Assembly: GCA_050952625.1 (NCBI GenBank)
Contig: JBMNLH010000001.1
Span: 544,001-608,000, forward strand
DNA length: 64,000 nt
Origin: Bacillota bacterium
GTDB lineage: Bacteria > Bacillota > Ch66 > Ch109
Direction of reading: 5' to 3'
How positions within the stretch are numbered: position 1 is the first letter of the stretch; each line of letters begins with the position of its first letter. Below, piece after piece: positions 30,645 to 41,184 of the stretch. The position numbers and the translations under genes are program-made. Below the pieces are notes generated by a model. That model was not told the DNA's origin, did no database searches, and was given only the letters and a program-made list of their open reading frames with translations.

Positions 30645-31859
30645 GTGAGTTTTAAACGAACCTATGCCGAAATCAATGAAAAGATCAAAAAAGGTCAAGC
30701 GGTAGTTGTTACCGCGGAAGAGGTTATTGGCCTGGTGGAGCAGAAGGGAGTAGCCGAGGTTGCCCGAGAGGTAGATGTTGTTACCACAGGTACTTTCGGG
30801 CCGATGTGTTCCTCCGGCGTGTTCTTGAACTTTGGCCATCCCAAACCACGGATTCGGATGAAAAAGGTCTGGTTAAATGGGGTTGCTGCTTACGCCGGGA
30901 TCGCGGCGGTCGATGCCTACCTAGGGGCCACTGAACTGCCGGATAATGACCCGGAGAATAAGCACGGTCCCGGCCGGTTCCTCTACGGCGGCGGTCACGT
31001 TATTGAAGACCTGGTGGCTCGGCGTCCGGTTCGGCTGGAGGCGACAGCCTATCCAACCAACTGTTACCCCCGGCGCCGGATAGAGACAACCATTACCCTG
31101 GATGAGATTAACGAGGCAACTTTATTTAACCCGAGAAACGCCTATCAGAACTATAATGTGGCGGTTAACCGGTCCAACAAAACAATCTACACCTATCTGG
31201 GCATGTTAAAACCCAACTTAGGCAATGCCTCCTATTCAAGTGCCGGTCAATTGAGCCCGCTCCTGAATGACCCATATTTCCGAACGATTGGAATCGGGAC
31301 CCGAATCTTTCTCGGAGGAGGCGTTGGTTATGTAGCCTGGCACGGGACCCAGCACAGCCCTTGCGGAACGCGGGGCGAGAATGGGGTTCCCCAAGGGGGA
31401 GCGGGTACTCTGGCGGTGGTTGGCAATTTGAAACAGATGAAACCGGAGTGGCTGCGGGGAACCAGTTTAACTGGTTATGGGGCCTCTCTGACAGTAGGCC
31501 TGGGGATTCCAATTCCGATCTTGGACGAAGAGATGCTGCGCTATACAGCAGTCAGGGACGAGGAGATTTTTGCCCCGCTGATTGATTATAGTGAGGATTT
31601 TCCCCAGTGCCGACCAAGCAACCTTGGTCTGGTTAGCTATGCGGAACTGAAAAGCGGCCAAATTACGATTGAGGGGAAAGAAGTACCAACTAATCCGATG
31701 TCCAGTTACCCGGCAGCGCGCAAGATTGCCCAAACACTTAAAGAGTGGATCCAAAAAGGTGAGTTTTTGTTAACCGAACCAGTTGAGTTGCTGCCTTCCG
31801 CTGACTCCGGGATTAAAATGAACAGCTTGGTGGAGAGAAACGGGGTCAACGGCAAGTAA
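30645..31859 (+). CDS. DUF39 homocysteine biosynthesis protein (aspartate-semialdehyde sulfurtransferase, MA1821-like), without CBS domains
   Basis: INEKIKKG.AVV.TAEE, VDVVTTGTFGPMCSSG, YGGGHVIEDL, RNAYQNY. Confidence 0.88.
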   Translation: MSFKRTYAEINEKIKKGQAVVVTAEEVIGLVEQKGVAEVAREVDVVTTGTFGPMCSSGVFLNFGHPKPRIRMKKVWLNGVAAYAGIAAVDAYLGATELPDNDPENKHGPGRFLYGGGHVIEDLVARRPVRLEATAYPTNCYPRRRIETTITLDEINEATLFNPRNAYQNYNVAVNRSNKTIYTYLGMLKPNLGNASYSSAGQLSPLLNDPYFRTIGIGTRIFLGGGVGYVAWHGTQHSPCGTRGENGVPQGGAGTLAVVGNLKQMKPEWLRGTSLTGYGASLTVGLGIPIPILDEEMLRYTAVRDEEIFAPLIDYSEDFPQCRPSNLGLVSYAELKSGQITIEGKEVPTNPMSSYPAARKIAQTLKEWIQKGEFLLTEPVELLPSADSGIKMNSLVERNGVNGK

Positions 31860-31892
31860 GGTTATTAAACAGGGAAGAGAGGGGTTGCGGGA

Positions 31893-32306
31893 GTGGTTAA
31901 TCAAAAAGTCGTTCTGAAGTTTTCTGCCGCTTTGGTTGAACAACCGATTATTTATCGGCTGATTAAAAATTATGACCTGATGGTTAATATAATAAAGGCG
32001 GAGATTAACCCGCGGCGCGAGGGTTCTTTGATCATGGAATTAAGCGGTCAGCCGGACAATTTTCAATCAGGCATCAGTTTTCTGGAAGGTTTAGGCGTTG
32101 TCGTCGAACCGATCAGCCAGACGGTAGTTCGAGACGAGGAGCGGTGTTCCCATTGCGGAGCCTGTACCGTGGTTTGTCCGGTTGGGGCTTTATACATGAA
32201 TCGACCCTCCATGGAAGTTGGGTTTGACAATGAAAAGTGCCTGGTTTGCGGACTGTGCGTTTCTTATTGCCCGCTTAAAGCAATGGATGTAAAATGGGGC
32301 GATTAG
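31893..32306 (+). CDS. NIL domain + 2x[4Fe-4S] ferredoxin (MA1822-like)
   Basis: N-terminal NIL domain; CSHCGACTVVCP and CLVCGLCVSYCP. Confidence 0.88.
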   Translation: MVNQKVVLKFSAALVEQPIIYRLIKNYDLMVNIIKAEINPRREGSLIMELSGQPDNFQSGISFLEGLGVVVEPISQTVVRDEERCSHCGACTVVCPVGALYMNRPSMEVGFDNEKCLVCGLCVSYCPLKAMDVKWGD

Positions 32307-32309
32307 TCA

Positions 32310-33059
32310 GTGTATGTGCAAAGAACCTACCGTTGCGGTCAGAGCAGTCAAGACCTGTCCTTTTTTCAAGTCAGGTTAAAAGAAACTGACTTGTATATTG
32401 GGGTCGACCAGGAGAGGTATACCCCAGAATTGGTCAAGATAGCCGAGGAACTGGTCTGGCAGTACCGCAATCAACTGGAGTTGTATATCCAGGAAGACCC
32501 GGAGTTTCGGATCACTTTTGAGCCTCATTTTTTGCTACCCACTGCGCCAGCTTTAGCCCGCATAATGGGGCAGGCTGCCTGGCAGGCTGGGGTAGGGCCG
32601 ATGGCTGCGGTTGCCGGAGCTATGGCTGAAGCCGTGGGGCGCGGTCTGCTCACCAAGGTCCGAGAGGTAATGGTGGAAAACGGAGGCGATATTTTTTTGA
32701 AGATTCGTCGTCCACGGCTCGTTGGTATTTTTGCCGGGACCTCGCCTTACAGCCACCGGTTAGCCCTAGAAATCGATCCGCGTTGGGGTGCATTGGGTGT
32801 TTGTACTTCTTCTGGGACCGTCGGCCCTTCTTTTAGTGCTGGTCGAGCAGACGCCGCGGTTATCTTGGCTCCGTCAACCGCCCTGGCGGATGCCGTCGCC
32901 ACGGCTGTGGGCAATGTGGTTCAAACACCGGCTGATGTGGAAAAGGGCCTGGAACTAGCCCGTTCGATTCAAGGCGTCATCGGAGCCGTGGTTATTAAGG
33001 AAGACAAGCTAGCTGCTTGGGGAAAGGTCAAATTGGTGCCGCTTAACGGAGATCGATAG
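32310..33059 (+). CDS. UPF0280/ApbE-like protein (COG2122)
   Basis: VGPMAAVAG, ENGGDIF, CTSSGTVGPSFS, ADAVAT. Confidence 0.88.
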   Translation: MYVQRTYRCGQSSQDLSFFQVRLKETDLYIGVDQERYTPELVKIAEELVWQYRNQLELYIQEDPEFRITFEPHFLLPTAPALARIMGQAAWQAGVGPMAAVAGAMAEAVGRGLLTKVREVMVENGGDIFLKIRRPRLVGIFAGTSPYSHRLALEIDPRWGALGVCTSSGTVGPSFSAGRADAAVILAPSTALADAVATAVGNVVQTPADVEKGLELARSIQGVIGAVVIKEDKLAAWGKVKLVPLNGDR

Positions 33060-33231
33060 GTATAGGGAGACAGCTTTTACGATCTTGGTTCCTTTTCTTC
33101 ATTTTATACTTGCCTGAGTCCTGCGCGGCGATAATTACCGGGATTCGGAAATCGCCTCGTTCAAGCTGTGCCAAGCATCAGTTGTTGATTGGGCCAAAGA
33201 AACGACCAACAAGGGAAGGTTGAGTGCGACG

Positions 33232-33645
33232 ATGAAATTCTTAACCGAGTATTTGTGGTTTAACACTAGACAGAAAAGGGAGTACCTCAACATCACCCCG
33301 GAACTCCAACGAATCTTAAAGAAAAGCGGCATTCAGGAAGGGATCATGCTGGTTGCCGCGATGCACATAACAGCCGGGATCTACATTAATGACGATGAGA
33401 GCGGAATCATTGGCGATATTGACGAAATGCTGGAAAGGCTGGCCCCTTCTGGACGGGATTACCGGCACCACCGGACCGGTGAGGACAATGGGGATGCTCA
33501 TCTGAAGAATATCTTAGTCGGGCACCAGGTAATTGTCCCGATTACCGACGGCAAATTAGACTTCGGCCCCTGGCAGCAGGTGTATTACGCCGAATTCGAT
33601 GGCCAACGCCGGAAAAGAGTCGTGGTCAAAGTGATGGGAGAATGA
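33232..33645 (+). CDS. yjbQ: YjbQ/UPF0047 family protein
   Basis: [30 protein letters not shown]. Confidence 0.88.
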   Translation: MKFLTEYLWFNTRQKREYLNITPELQRILKKSGIQEGIMLVAAMHITAGIYINDDESGIIGDIDEMLERLAPSGRDYRHHRTGEDNGDAHLKNILVGHQVIVPITDGKLDFGPWQQVYYAEFDGQRRKRVVVKVMGE

Positions 33646-34838
33646 GTTGGAAAATTAGGAAGGCAACAATGGATAAAAATTTTCCGCTAGAATTTAAAAT
33701 GTCTCTTGAGCTCGAAGGGGAAAAACGCATTTCCGGCAACGATCTCTTCAACCTGCTGGAAAACATTATGAAGTATGGCTCTATAAGCCGGGCCGCTTCG
33801 GAGTTGGGGGTTTCTTATCGCTATGCCTGGGGCCTGATCAGGGCGGCCGAAAAAGACCTTGGCCTGCAGTTGGTAAACAGGCAGGTGGGCGGTTATGCCG
33901 GTGGAGGAGCATCCCTTAGCCAAGAGGGCCGGGAATTCTTAAACGAGTACAAGACATTTAAACAAGAAATAGATCTCCAGCTAGAACAATTTATCAACCG
34001 GACTGCTTCCAAAAAACAACTTTCTTCTATTAATGAAGCCTTCAATAAGAACTCTTCAGAGCGGCACCTGCTACTGGCTAGCACGATGGAACCAGTCGAA
34101 ACAGGCCTGTTGGATGTCCTCGAAGGGGCCTTTTTCCAGGCGACTGGCGTGTTAGTCAGACATATTGCCCTCGGTAGTGGGCGTGCTCTGGAGATGGCTA
34201 GGACCGGACGGGTGGATATGGTTCTTACCCATGCTCCAGAAATAGAAGAAGAATTTTTGCTCGACGGCTGGGGCAAATCACGAATACCGGTCATGGCGAA
34301 TGACTTTATTTTAGCCGGCCCGTCCTTTGATTCAGCCGGGTTAAAAATGCTCGATCGGGGTGGTGGAGCAAAAGAAGCCTTTCGCCAAATTGCTTATACC
34401 CGCGCCCCTTTTATCAGTCGTGGCGATCGCTCTGGCACCCAATTAAGAGAACTTCAAATCTGGGAATCGGCCGGGATTTACCCCAAGGGAGAGTGGTACA
34501 TCGTCTCTTCCGGAATCGTCGGCAATAGGGGTATTCTGCGGCTTGCCTTGGAGCAGCAGGCTTATGCTCTAGTAGACCGGGCTACTTTTTTACTCTCCAG
34601 CAGCCAAAATAAAATGAACATATTTATTGGGACCGAAGAGGGTAATGCGCTACCTGGGGAACTAGAAAACATCTTTTCTCTGCTCCTTGTTAATCCCGAG
34701 CGGGTACCATTTGTCAATTTTGAAGATGCCTTACTTTTTGCCAAGTGGATTCAGGGAAAAGAAGCTCAGCGAGTTATAGCCGGTTTCGGCGAGGAAAGCT
34801 ACAACCGGCCTTTATTCTCTAGAGTGGTTTCGGAGTAG
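33642..34838 (+). CDS. ModE-type wHTH regulator fused to a TupA-like tungstate/molybdate-binding domain (TaoR-like architecture)
   Basis: [26 protein letters not shown] (ModE HTH); [22 protein letters not shown] and [10 protein letters not shown] (TupA/PBP2). Alternative start at 33669. Confidence 0.8.
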   Translation: MSWKIRKATMDKNFPLEFKMSLELEGEKRISGNDLFNLLENIMKYGSISRAASELGVSYRYAWGLIRAAEKDLGLQLVNRQVGGYAGGGASLSQEGREFLNEYKTFKQEIDLQLEQFINRTASKKQLSSINEAFNKNSSERHLLLASTMEPVETGLLDVLEGAFFQATGVLVRHIALGSGRALEMARTGRVDMVLTHAPEIEEEFLLDGWGKSRIPVMANDFILAGPSFDSAGLKMLDRGGGAKEAFRQIAYTRAPFISRGDRSGTQLRELQIWESAGIYPKGEWYIVSSGIVGNRGILRLALEQQAYALVDRATFLLSSSQNKMNIFIGTEEGNALPGELENIFSLLLVNPERVPFVNFEDALLFAKWIQGKEAQRVIAGFGEESYNRPLFSRVVSE

Positions 34839-34924
34839 ACCCTCCTGTTGCTAAGCAGCTACACAAAAAAGATAAATAATCAATTGCGCAGTTCAACAGA
34901 GGTCAGCGATTGGTGGTTATATTA

Positions 34925-34953
34925 TTGACACAGCTTATTTTATAATTTAACAT
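34925..34953 (+). promoter_or_regulatory. Putative sigma-A promoter
   Basis: TTGACA-N17-TAACAT. Confidence 0.45.
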
Positions 34954-35117
34954 AAGAGCTAAATGGAATCTTTCAGCTAGTTCCTGACTTAGATTAGATT
35001 AAATATTCTAAACGGTTTTTCTCCTGCTTGTGATCCGAAGTATATGAAAATTTATTTTTATCATTTTTACTATAGATCCTCATGCCTGACCTTTAGTTAG
35101 TTTGAAATTTTTTGGCC

Positions 35118-35143
35118 TCGATATGAATTTATGTGCATAACGA
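35118..35143. promoter_or_regulatory. ModE-like palindromic operator 1
   Basis: TCGATATG-N10-CATAACGA; the CATAACG half-site ends 8 nt upstream of a TTGACA. Confidence 0.6.
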
Positions 35144-35187
35144 ATGTGTATTGACACCATAGCCGTTAATTAATGTAAATTTTTTCA

Positions 35188-35217
35188 CCCCGCTATGCAT
35201 TCCGGTGCATAACGGGG
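35188..35217. promoter_or_regulatory. ModE-like palindromic operator 2
   Basis: CCCCGCTATGCA-ttccgg-TGCATAACGGGG; same CG(n)TATG-N10-CATAACG geometry as operator 1. Confidence 0.65.
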
Positions 35218-35338
35218 CATAAAGTATTGATAACTGGCTTGTACGTGGCTCTTCGTATAAGGGGCATATTATATATCCGCAACTAGTGTAATGATCTTGT
35301 TTGCCGGACTAATAAACAGCGTAAAAAAATTTAAATAA

Positions 35339-35446
35339 TTATCTCCGAGCCTAGTTACCCTAAAGGTTTTCAAGCCCATGGGTACAGGCCGATAGGGTGG
35401 CACTGGAAACGGTGTTGCCTCCCCGTTAATTTTGGAAAGGAGATGA
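35339..35446 (+). ncRNA. Moco-class riboswitch (P3-less) heading the surface-protein cluster
   Basis: TCTCCGAGCCT...CCTAAAG...AGGCCGATAGGGTGGCACT-GGAAAC-GGTGTTGCCTCCCCG...TGGAAAGGAGA. Confidence 0.88.
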
Positions 35447-35472
35447 TAGTCCTCTAATAGGTTTATTTTATT

Positions 35473-35507
35473 AAAAGCGTCTCTATTCTAGGTGCTTTTT
35501 TCTTTTT
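35473..35507 (+). terminator. Attenuator terminator after the riboswitch
   Basis: AAAAGCGTCT-loop-AGGTGCTTTT plus a T tract. Confidence 0.55.
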
Positions 35508-35587
35508 ATGGGAATATAGCAAAAAAATTGTCGAAATGTAAAAGTATTTACAGTGCGTATCACTAAGGAAAGGGTGTATGACTGGTC

Positions 35588-38500
35588 ATGCAAGCTACTA
35601 AATGGTATAGGTTTTTACCAGTCCTGCTGGGCGTATTTTTGATTATCGGGACCATCGGCCTGCTGGTGCCCACAGTTGCCTTTGCCGTAGGGGATGACCT
35701 TACCATATCAGGGCCTGGACTGAAAAATCCCGGACCTATAATCATTACCCAGAACCAGCTCCGGGGAACGGAGGCATTACCCGCGGAATTACAAACAGTA
35801 GCAGAAGCGGTTTATTTACCGCAAACTGACGCATGGTACAGTACCATCAACACCTGGCCTACCAAGAGCTGGTACCGGGGGCAGGGCGTCAAATTGACCG
35901 ACCTGCTTAATCTAGCCGGGGGACTCAATGACGAGGCCACCCTGATCAGGTTCACTTCTCGCGACGGCTTTAAAGCCACCTTTACGGTGCAAGAGCTTCT
36001 CGTTGAACCCCGGTATCGTTTCCCTAGTTTCATGGATACCGGCCTCCCCGGGCATCTTCCCGGTGATCCGTCAGAGCCGGTAGAGGTTGAGCCGATCATT
36101 GCCCACAGAAGTTTTACCGCCCATGATATTAGAAATGTTGTGGGAGAAGGCACACTAGAGAATTTCAGCGACGGTGAGGCCAATCATTTGTTATATGGGC
36201 AGCGGGCGGTAACCCAGCAGACCAACGCCAGGTTTGTTAAATATGTAACTGAAATCGAGGTGCTTACCGATCCCGTATCTAAATGGGATAATCCCACGGC
36301 TGATCCGGCACCTGGAGATGCAGAAGTGCCGGTAGGGACCTTGGTGGAACTTCAAAGCCCTTTCAACGATGAGGATAAAGTTCATTACACCCTGGACGGC
36401 AGCGACCCAACCATAAACAGTCCGATGTACAACTGGATTGCCAGTCGGTGGTGGTCATCAAGATCGGATGTTCTGGACGAAATTAATCACCCCATTGAAA
36501 TCACCGATAACACCACCATCAAGGCCTTTGTCACCGGCCCTGGCCGGGCGGACAGCGATATTGTTACTTTTGCGTATCGGGTTCCGCTGACTATCAACCA
36601 GGCTAACCCGGCTAAGGCAATCAAGAACGAGGAATACGCTGGCCATACCTTCACGGCAGTCGGTGGCCAAAAGCCCTACCGCTTTGCTGTCACTGGTGGT
36701 TCCCTGCCGGAAGGCATGAGCCTAAACGAATCATTACTAGAGGGAATACCCGCAGAGAGTGGTACGTTTCCCTTCACCCTAACCGTAACCGACGGTAATA
36801 ACCAGACCGTTAGCCGGGAATTTACCCTGGTGGTTGTGCTCGCCCCTCCAACCCTAAGTACCACCAGTAGCAATGTAGGCCAGAAGATTGAGCTGACCTT
36901 TACCGACGATGCGGTCTGGCGGGAGGCCATCACCGATGTAACCGTTAACGGAAACTCTATTACTGGCCATTATAGTGTTGCCGCCGGAGTAATCACTATT
37001 GACGCTGCTGTGTTTGCGACTGCCGGTGACTATACGATAGCCGTTATCGCTACCGGGTACCTTGAGGCCGTTGTGATACAAAATATTACAGCCGGTACCG
37101 GTCCGAAACTACCGGATGGGGAAATTGTCTTAACTATCAAAGGTGATGGGGTGGCGAATCCCAAGGAGTTTACGCAGTCCCAGTTAGAAGAAATGAATCA
37201 ATGCCAGTATGTTTACAGTTGCATCAACACCTGGCCTAGTAAAAGATGGTATGTGGGTAAAGGAGTTGAATTAAACGACCTGCTCAATCAGGCTGGAGGG
37301 ATCCAACCCGGGGCCACCCTGATTAAATTTACCTCCAAGGATGGCTACTATATGACGTTTACAGTCCAGGAGTTATTAAGAGATAAACGTTATCGTTTCC
37401 CCAACTTCAAGACTGGTGGTGGTGACGGTGACGGGCATATTCCCGGCTCAGCCGCCGGTGCCGTAGAGGTAAAGCCGATTCTTGCCCTGATTAGTGCTGA
37501 GGGTACCGACAATCCCGCTTACATGAACGAGGCGGATGCCCCTCTGTTGATGCTCGGGCAGCGGTCAGTTACGGAGCAAACTGGTCCTTTATTTGCAAAA
37601 TACGTTAAAGAAATCGAAGTACTTACCAATTCTGTGCCTAAATGGGATAGTCCTAAGGCAGAGCCGGGCAGCGGATCAGTACCGGCCGGGACCCTGGTAA
37701 CCCTGAGCAATAACAATATGGACATGGATAAGATTCATTACACTACGGACGGAAGCAACCCGACGCTACACAGTCCGATATATAACTGGATCGCCAAGCG
37801 GTGGTGGGCATCGCGGGGTGAGGACACCGTGGCCCAGATTAATCACCCGATCAAGATCACCAAGGACACAACTATTAAAGCCATTACTATTGGCCCAGGC
37901 CGGGAAAACAGCGACATCGTTACCTTTACTTACAAAGTGACGGGGCCTCTGGTTAGTACCAGTGATCAGATCAGACCCAGCGAAGGTGGCACGGTAAGCC
38001 TTGGGGACGAGGCTGTTCTTGAGATACCGGCCGGGGCACTGACCGGAACCAACCCTATTGAGGTAAAAATAGATCGCGTCACTGAGCCCCCAGCTGCGCC
38101 GACAGGGTTTAAGATTATCGGCAGCGTCTACGAGTTCAACGTGGACGGGAAGACCAGCTACATCTTTAATAAGCCGGTAACTCTCAAGCTTAGCTTTGAT
38201 CCCGAGCGGGTCGGTTCTGACGCAGCTCCTGCTATCCATTACTACGATGAAACCGAGAAAAAATGGGTCAACCTTGGCGGTGAGGTAAACGGTAACACCA
38301 TCAGCGTCCAGGTGGAGCACTTCACCAAATTTGCCGTGCTGGCAGCCTTTCCGGCTAAGGTAACGACGACAATAGAGCCTAGCAAAGGCGGTACCGTAAG
38401 CATCGGGGAAGAGGCGGTTCTGGAAATACCGGCTGGGGCTCTGACCGGGACCAGCCCAGTGGAAGTAACCATTAAGTGCTTGACTGAGCCACCGGTTATC

Positions 38501-39286
38501 CCGGTTGGTTATAAGCTTGTCGGTGGGGTGTACGAGTTCAGCGTGGACGAGAAGACCAGCTACCGCTTTAATAAAGCGGTGACCCTCAAGCTTAGCTACG
38601 ATCCTGAGTTGGTCAGCCCTGAAGAAACTCCAGCCATCCACTACTATGACGAGACCCAGAAAAAGTGGATCAACCTTAGCGGCGAGGCAGCCGGACATAC
38701 CGTAACCGTGGAACTGGATCACTTCACGATCTTTACGGTCATGGTTGCCCCGAAAGCAAAGGAAGTCACCCTAACCGACATTGCCGGCCATTGGGCGGAA
38801 AACCAGATTAAAGAACTGGTTGGGCTTGGGGCTATCAGCGGTTATCCAGACGGCACCTTCAAACCGGACAATAACATCACTCGGGCTGAATTTGCCACGA
38901 TCCTGGTCAAAGCGTTTAAACTGGAACCCCAAAGCGGCCAAGTTTTTGCTGACACCGCCGGTCACTGGGCTAAAGACACCATCGCTACAGCCGCAGCTTA
39001 CGGCATTGTTAACGGCTATGACGGTCATACCTTTGGCCCTAACGATCTGATTACCCGTGAGCAAATGGCCGCCATGATTGTGAATGCGCTCAAACTAACG
39101 CCAGTGTCAGAAGAAAGCTCGTTTATCGACAGTGGCAGCATCTCGGGATGGGCTAGGGTTGCCGTGGCCACTGCGGTGAAAAACGGGTTAATTAACGGTT
39201 ACCCGGATAACACCATCCGTCCCCAGGGCCAGGCCACCCGGGCTGAGGCAGCAGCGATCATGGTGAATGCGTTGCTTAAACTTTAG
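35588..39286 (+). CDS. Secreted SLH-anchored protein: 2x (molybdopterin-binding-like + Fn3/CHB-like), Ig-like, DUF1533-like, 2 beta-repeats, 3x SLH
   Basis: Signal peptide; two YS(T/C)INTWP..WY.G.GV.L.DLL..AG...S.DG domains; HYTxDGSxPT domains; C-terminal DIAGHWAE/GYPDGTFKPD/TRAE SLH repeats. Confidence 0.8.
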   Translation: MQATKWYRFLPVLLGVFLIIGTIGLLVPTVAFAVGDDLTISGPGLKNPGPIIITQNQLRGTEALPAELQTVAEAVYLPQTDAWYSTINTWPTKSWYRGQGVKLTDLLNLAGGLNDEATLIRFTSRDGFKATFTVQELLVEPRYRFPSFMDTGLPGHLPGDPSEPVEVEPIIAHRSFTAHDIRNVVGEGTLENFSDGEANHLLYGQRAVTQQTNARFVKYVTEIEVLTDPVSKWDNPTADPAPGDAEVPVGTLVELQSPFNDEDKVHYTLDGSDPTINSPMYNWIASRWWSSRSDVLDEINHPIEITDNTTIKAFVTGPGRADSDIVTFAYRVPLTINQANPAKAIKNEEYAGHTFTAVGGQKPYRFAVTGGSLPEGMSLNESLLEGIPAESGTFPFTLTVTDGNNQTVSREFTLVVVLAPPTLSTTSSNVGQKIELTFTDDAVWREAITDVTVNGNSITGHYSVAAGVITIDAAVFATAGDYTIAVIATGYLEAVVIQNITAGTGPKLPDGEIVLTIKGDGVANPKEFTQSQLEEMNQCQYVYSCINTWPSKRWYVGKGVELNDLLNQAGGIQPGATLIKFTSKDGYYMTFTVQELLRDKRYRFPNFKTGGGDGDGHIPGSAAGAVEVKPILALISAEGTDNPAYMNEADAPLLMLGQRSVTEQTGPLFAKYVKEIEVLTNSVPKWDSPKAEPGSGSVPAGTLVTLSNNNMDMDKIHYTTDGSNPTLHSPIYNWIAKRWWASRGEDTVAQINHPIKITKDTTIKAITIGPGRENSDIVTFTYKVTGPLVSTSDQIRPSEGGTVSLGDEAVLEIPAGALTGTNPIEVKIDRVTEPPAAPTGFKIIGSVYEFNVDGKTSYIFNKPVTLKLSFDPERVGSDAAPAIHYYDETEKKWVNLGGEVNGNTISVQVEHFTKFAVLAAFPAKVTTTIEPSKGGTVSIGEEAVLEIPAGALTGTSPVEVTIKCLTEPPVIPVGYKLVGGVYEFSVDEKTSYRFNKAVTLKLSYDPELVSPEETPAIHYYDETQKKWINLSGEAAGHTVTVELDHFTIFTVMVAPKAKEVTLTDIAGHWAENQIKELVGLGAISGYPDGTFKPDNNITRAEFATILVKAFKLEPQSGQVFADTAGHWAKDTIATAAAYGIVNGYDGHTFGPNDLITREQMAAMIVNALKLTPVSEESSFIDSGSISGWARVAVATAVKNGLINGYPDNTIRPQGQATRAEAAAIMVNALLKL

Positions 39287-39314
39287 GAAGAAAATCAGGT
39301 GTCAATATCACGAC

Positions 39315-39387
39315 TGTCATTTTGAGCGAAGCGAAGAATCTTTTCCACGCTGAGCGGTAAGATCCTTCGCTAACGTTCAGGATGACA
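39315..39387. repeat. REP-like imperfect palindrome
   Basis: TGTCATTTTGAGCGAAGCGAAGAATCT...AGATCCTTCGCTAACGTTCAGGATGACA; a half-copy lies at about 56751-56769. Confidence 0.65.
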
Positions 39388-39454
39388 TAGGCACCCGCTA
39401 TTTTCATCAATGGTTGTGCCCGGCGGGCATAGGTGGTTAGGGAGAAAAGAGAGC

Positions 39455-41179
39455 ATGATTACGCAATTAATTAATTTTCAATTTAAGAAACCGTTTTATC
39501 AACACCTGATCACTACCTTTATCCTGTTACTGTTCGTAGTTTGGATTAACCTGATGATAGGGCCGGCGTCGGTTTTAGCGGAACCCTCAAAAATGCTGGA
39601 AATAACCGGAGACGCAGTAACAACGCAGGTGGAGTTTACTCTGGCCGAACTGGAAGCGATGGAGCAATACCAACAGGTATACAGTACGGTTAACACCTGG
39701 CCGACCAAAAGATGGTACACGGCCAGAGGGGTTAAAATAAGAGATCTGCTTACTTTAGCCGGGATTAAGGAAGAGGCCAAGCTGATCAGGTTTGTCTCGC
39801 ATGACGGCTACGATGTGACTTTGACGGTTAAGGAATTATTAAAAGACAAGCGTTATTACTACCCGGGTTTAAAGGAGAATCACCCCAGCGACGGGAGCAT
39901 TCCCGGTTCTACTGCGGGGGCACAGGAAGTAGAGCCGATCCTGGCCTTAGTTAGCAGCGAGGGCAGCAATGACCCCAAAAATATGAACGATCGGGATTCC
40001 TTACTGTTGATCTTTGGGCAGCGGGCCATAACCGAACAGACGAATAATCTATTTTTAAAGTACGTCAGTAAAATTGAAGTACTCAGCACCGAGCCGGAAA
40101 AATGGGATGCCCCCAAGGCCAATATACCCAGCGGAACTGTTCTACCTGAGGGAACCCTGCTCACCCTGAGTAATAAAGGGAATAACGAAGATAAGATATA
40201 TTACACCACGGACGGCAGTACGCCAACGGTGAATAGCCCGATGTTTAACTGGAGTGCCAGCCGCTGGTGGCCTTTACGGGACGATTTGGATGGGGTCAAT
40301 TCTCCCATCGAAATCACCAAAGACACGGTGATCAAGGCGATCACCATTGGTCCCGGCAAAGAGGACAGCGAAGTTGTCACCTTTTCCTTTACGGTTGATT
40401 ATACCGGCGAGGCGGTTGATCCAACTAAAGTTTCAGGTGGACCGCCGACCGGGGTAACCCTCGATCGGAATACACTCAACCTCAAGCCTGGCGGTACTTT
40501 CCGACTGGAGGCAACTATCGCCCCGTTCAATGCCGATGACCAGCAGGTGACCTGGCGGTCCAGTGACACCAGGGTGGCCACAGTGGATACCGACGGCCTG
40601 GTGACAGTTGTCGGTCCGGGAACGGCCATCATTACGGTACAAACGGTAGTTGGCAACCATACAGCCACCTGCATTGTCAACGGTCCAAACGCGGAAGACA
40701 GCGGTCAGGATGCGGTTTTTCTTGGCAGCGAGTCTCTGGATAATGCAGCCCGAGAGAAGCCTGTAGAAGCGGTCGAGCCGCTGGAGGAAGAGCCGTTATC
40801 GGTGAATGAGGCTGAACATCACCGGCCAGAAAAAAATGAGGCTGATGCCAACGAAGTGCTGGGAATTGCTCATGAACTGCCGATGAATGAACAAGACGCC
40901 GGTGAGCCGCCAGTGGATGAATTGTCGGTGCCGGAAGGCAAAGGGCAGTACCTGGCAGAAAAAGAAGTTTTAGCCGCCGGCTCCTCGATGACAAATTCGG
41001 TCACAGAGCAGCCGGCTAGCCGGTACTGGCAGGTCTTCGAGGTGTCGCCAGAGGTTGTACTGCCGTTGCCGATGCAGGAGGAACAAAAATGGGCGGATTT
41101 TTACGCGGCAGGAATATTTCTCTTCCTCTTTCTTTCCGGTGTGGGTAAAAGATACGCTGAATATGCAAAGGAGCTATAA
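39455..41179 (+). CDS. Secreted, C-terminally membrane-anchored protein: molybdopterin-binding-like + Fn3-like + Big_2 + acidic linker + TM
   Basis: Signal peptide; [13 protein letters not shown] domain; [10 protein letters not shown]; [11 protein letters not shown]; C-terminal TM with a basic tail. ORF track starts at 39410. Confidence 0.78.
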   Translation: MITQLINFQFKKPFYQHLITTFILLLFVVWINLMIGPASVLAEPSKMLEITGDAVTTQVEFTLAELEAMEQYQQVYSTVNTWPTKRWYTARGVKIRDLLTLAGIKEEAKLIRFVSHDGYDVTLTVKELLKDKRYYYPGLKENHPSDGSIPGSTAGAQEVEPILALVSSEGSNDPKNMNDRDSLLLIFGQRAITEQTNNLFLKYVSKIEVLSTEPEKWDAPKANIPSGTVLPEGTLLTLSNKGNNEDKIYYTTDGSTPTVNSPMFNWSASRWWPLRDDLDGVNSPIEITKDTVIKAITIGPGKEDSEVVTFSFTVDYTGEAVDPTKVSGGPPTGVTLDRNTLNLKPGGTFRLEATIAPFNADDQQVTWRSSDTRVATVDTDGLVTVVGPGTAIITVQTVVGNHTATCIVNGPNAEDSGQDAVFLGSESLDNAAREKPVEAVEPLEEEPLSVNEAEHHRPEKNEADANEVLGIAHELPMNEQDAGEPPVDELSVPEGKGQYLAEKEVLAAGSSMTNSVTEQPASRYWQVFEVSPEVVLPLPMQEEQKWADFYAAGIFLFLFLSGVGKRYAEYAKEL

Positions 41180-41184
41180 ATCAA

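Noticed and set aside
37766-38722. 318-aa antisense ORF and the many other antisense or overlapping ORFs in the track
   Set aside because: Shadows of well-supported genes; they recur opposite repeated domains and carry no motifs.
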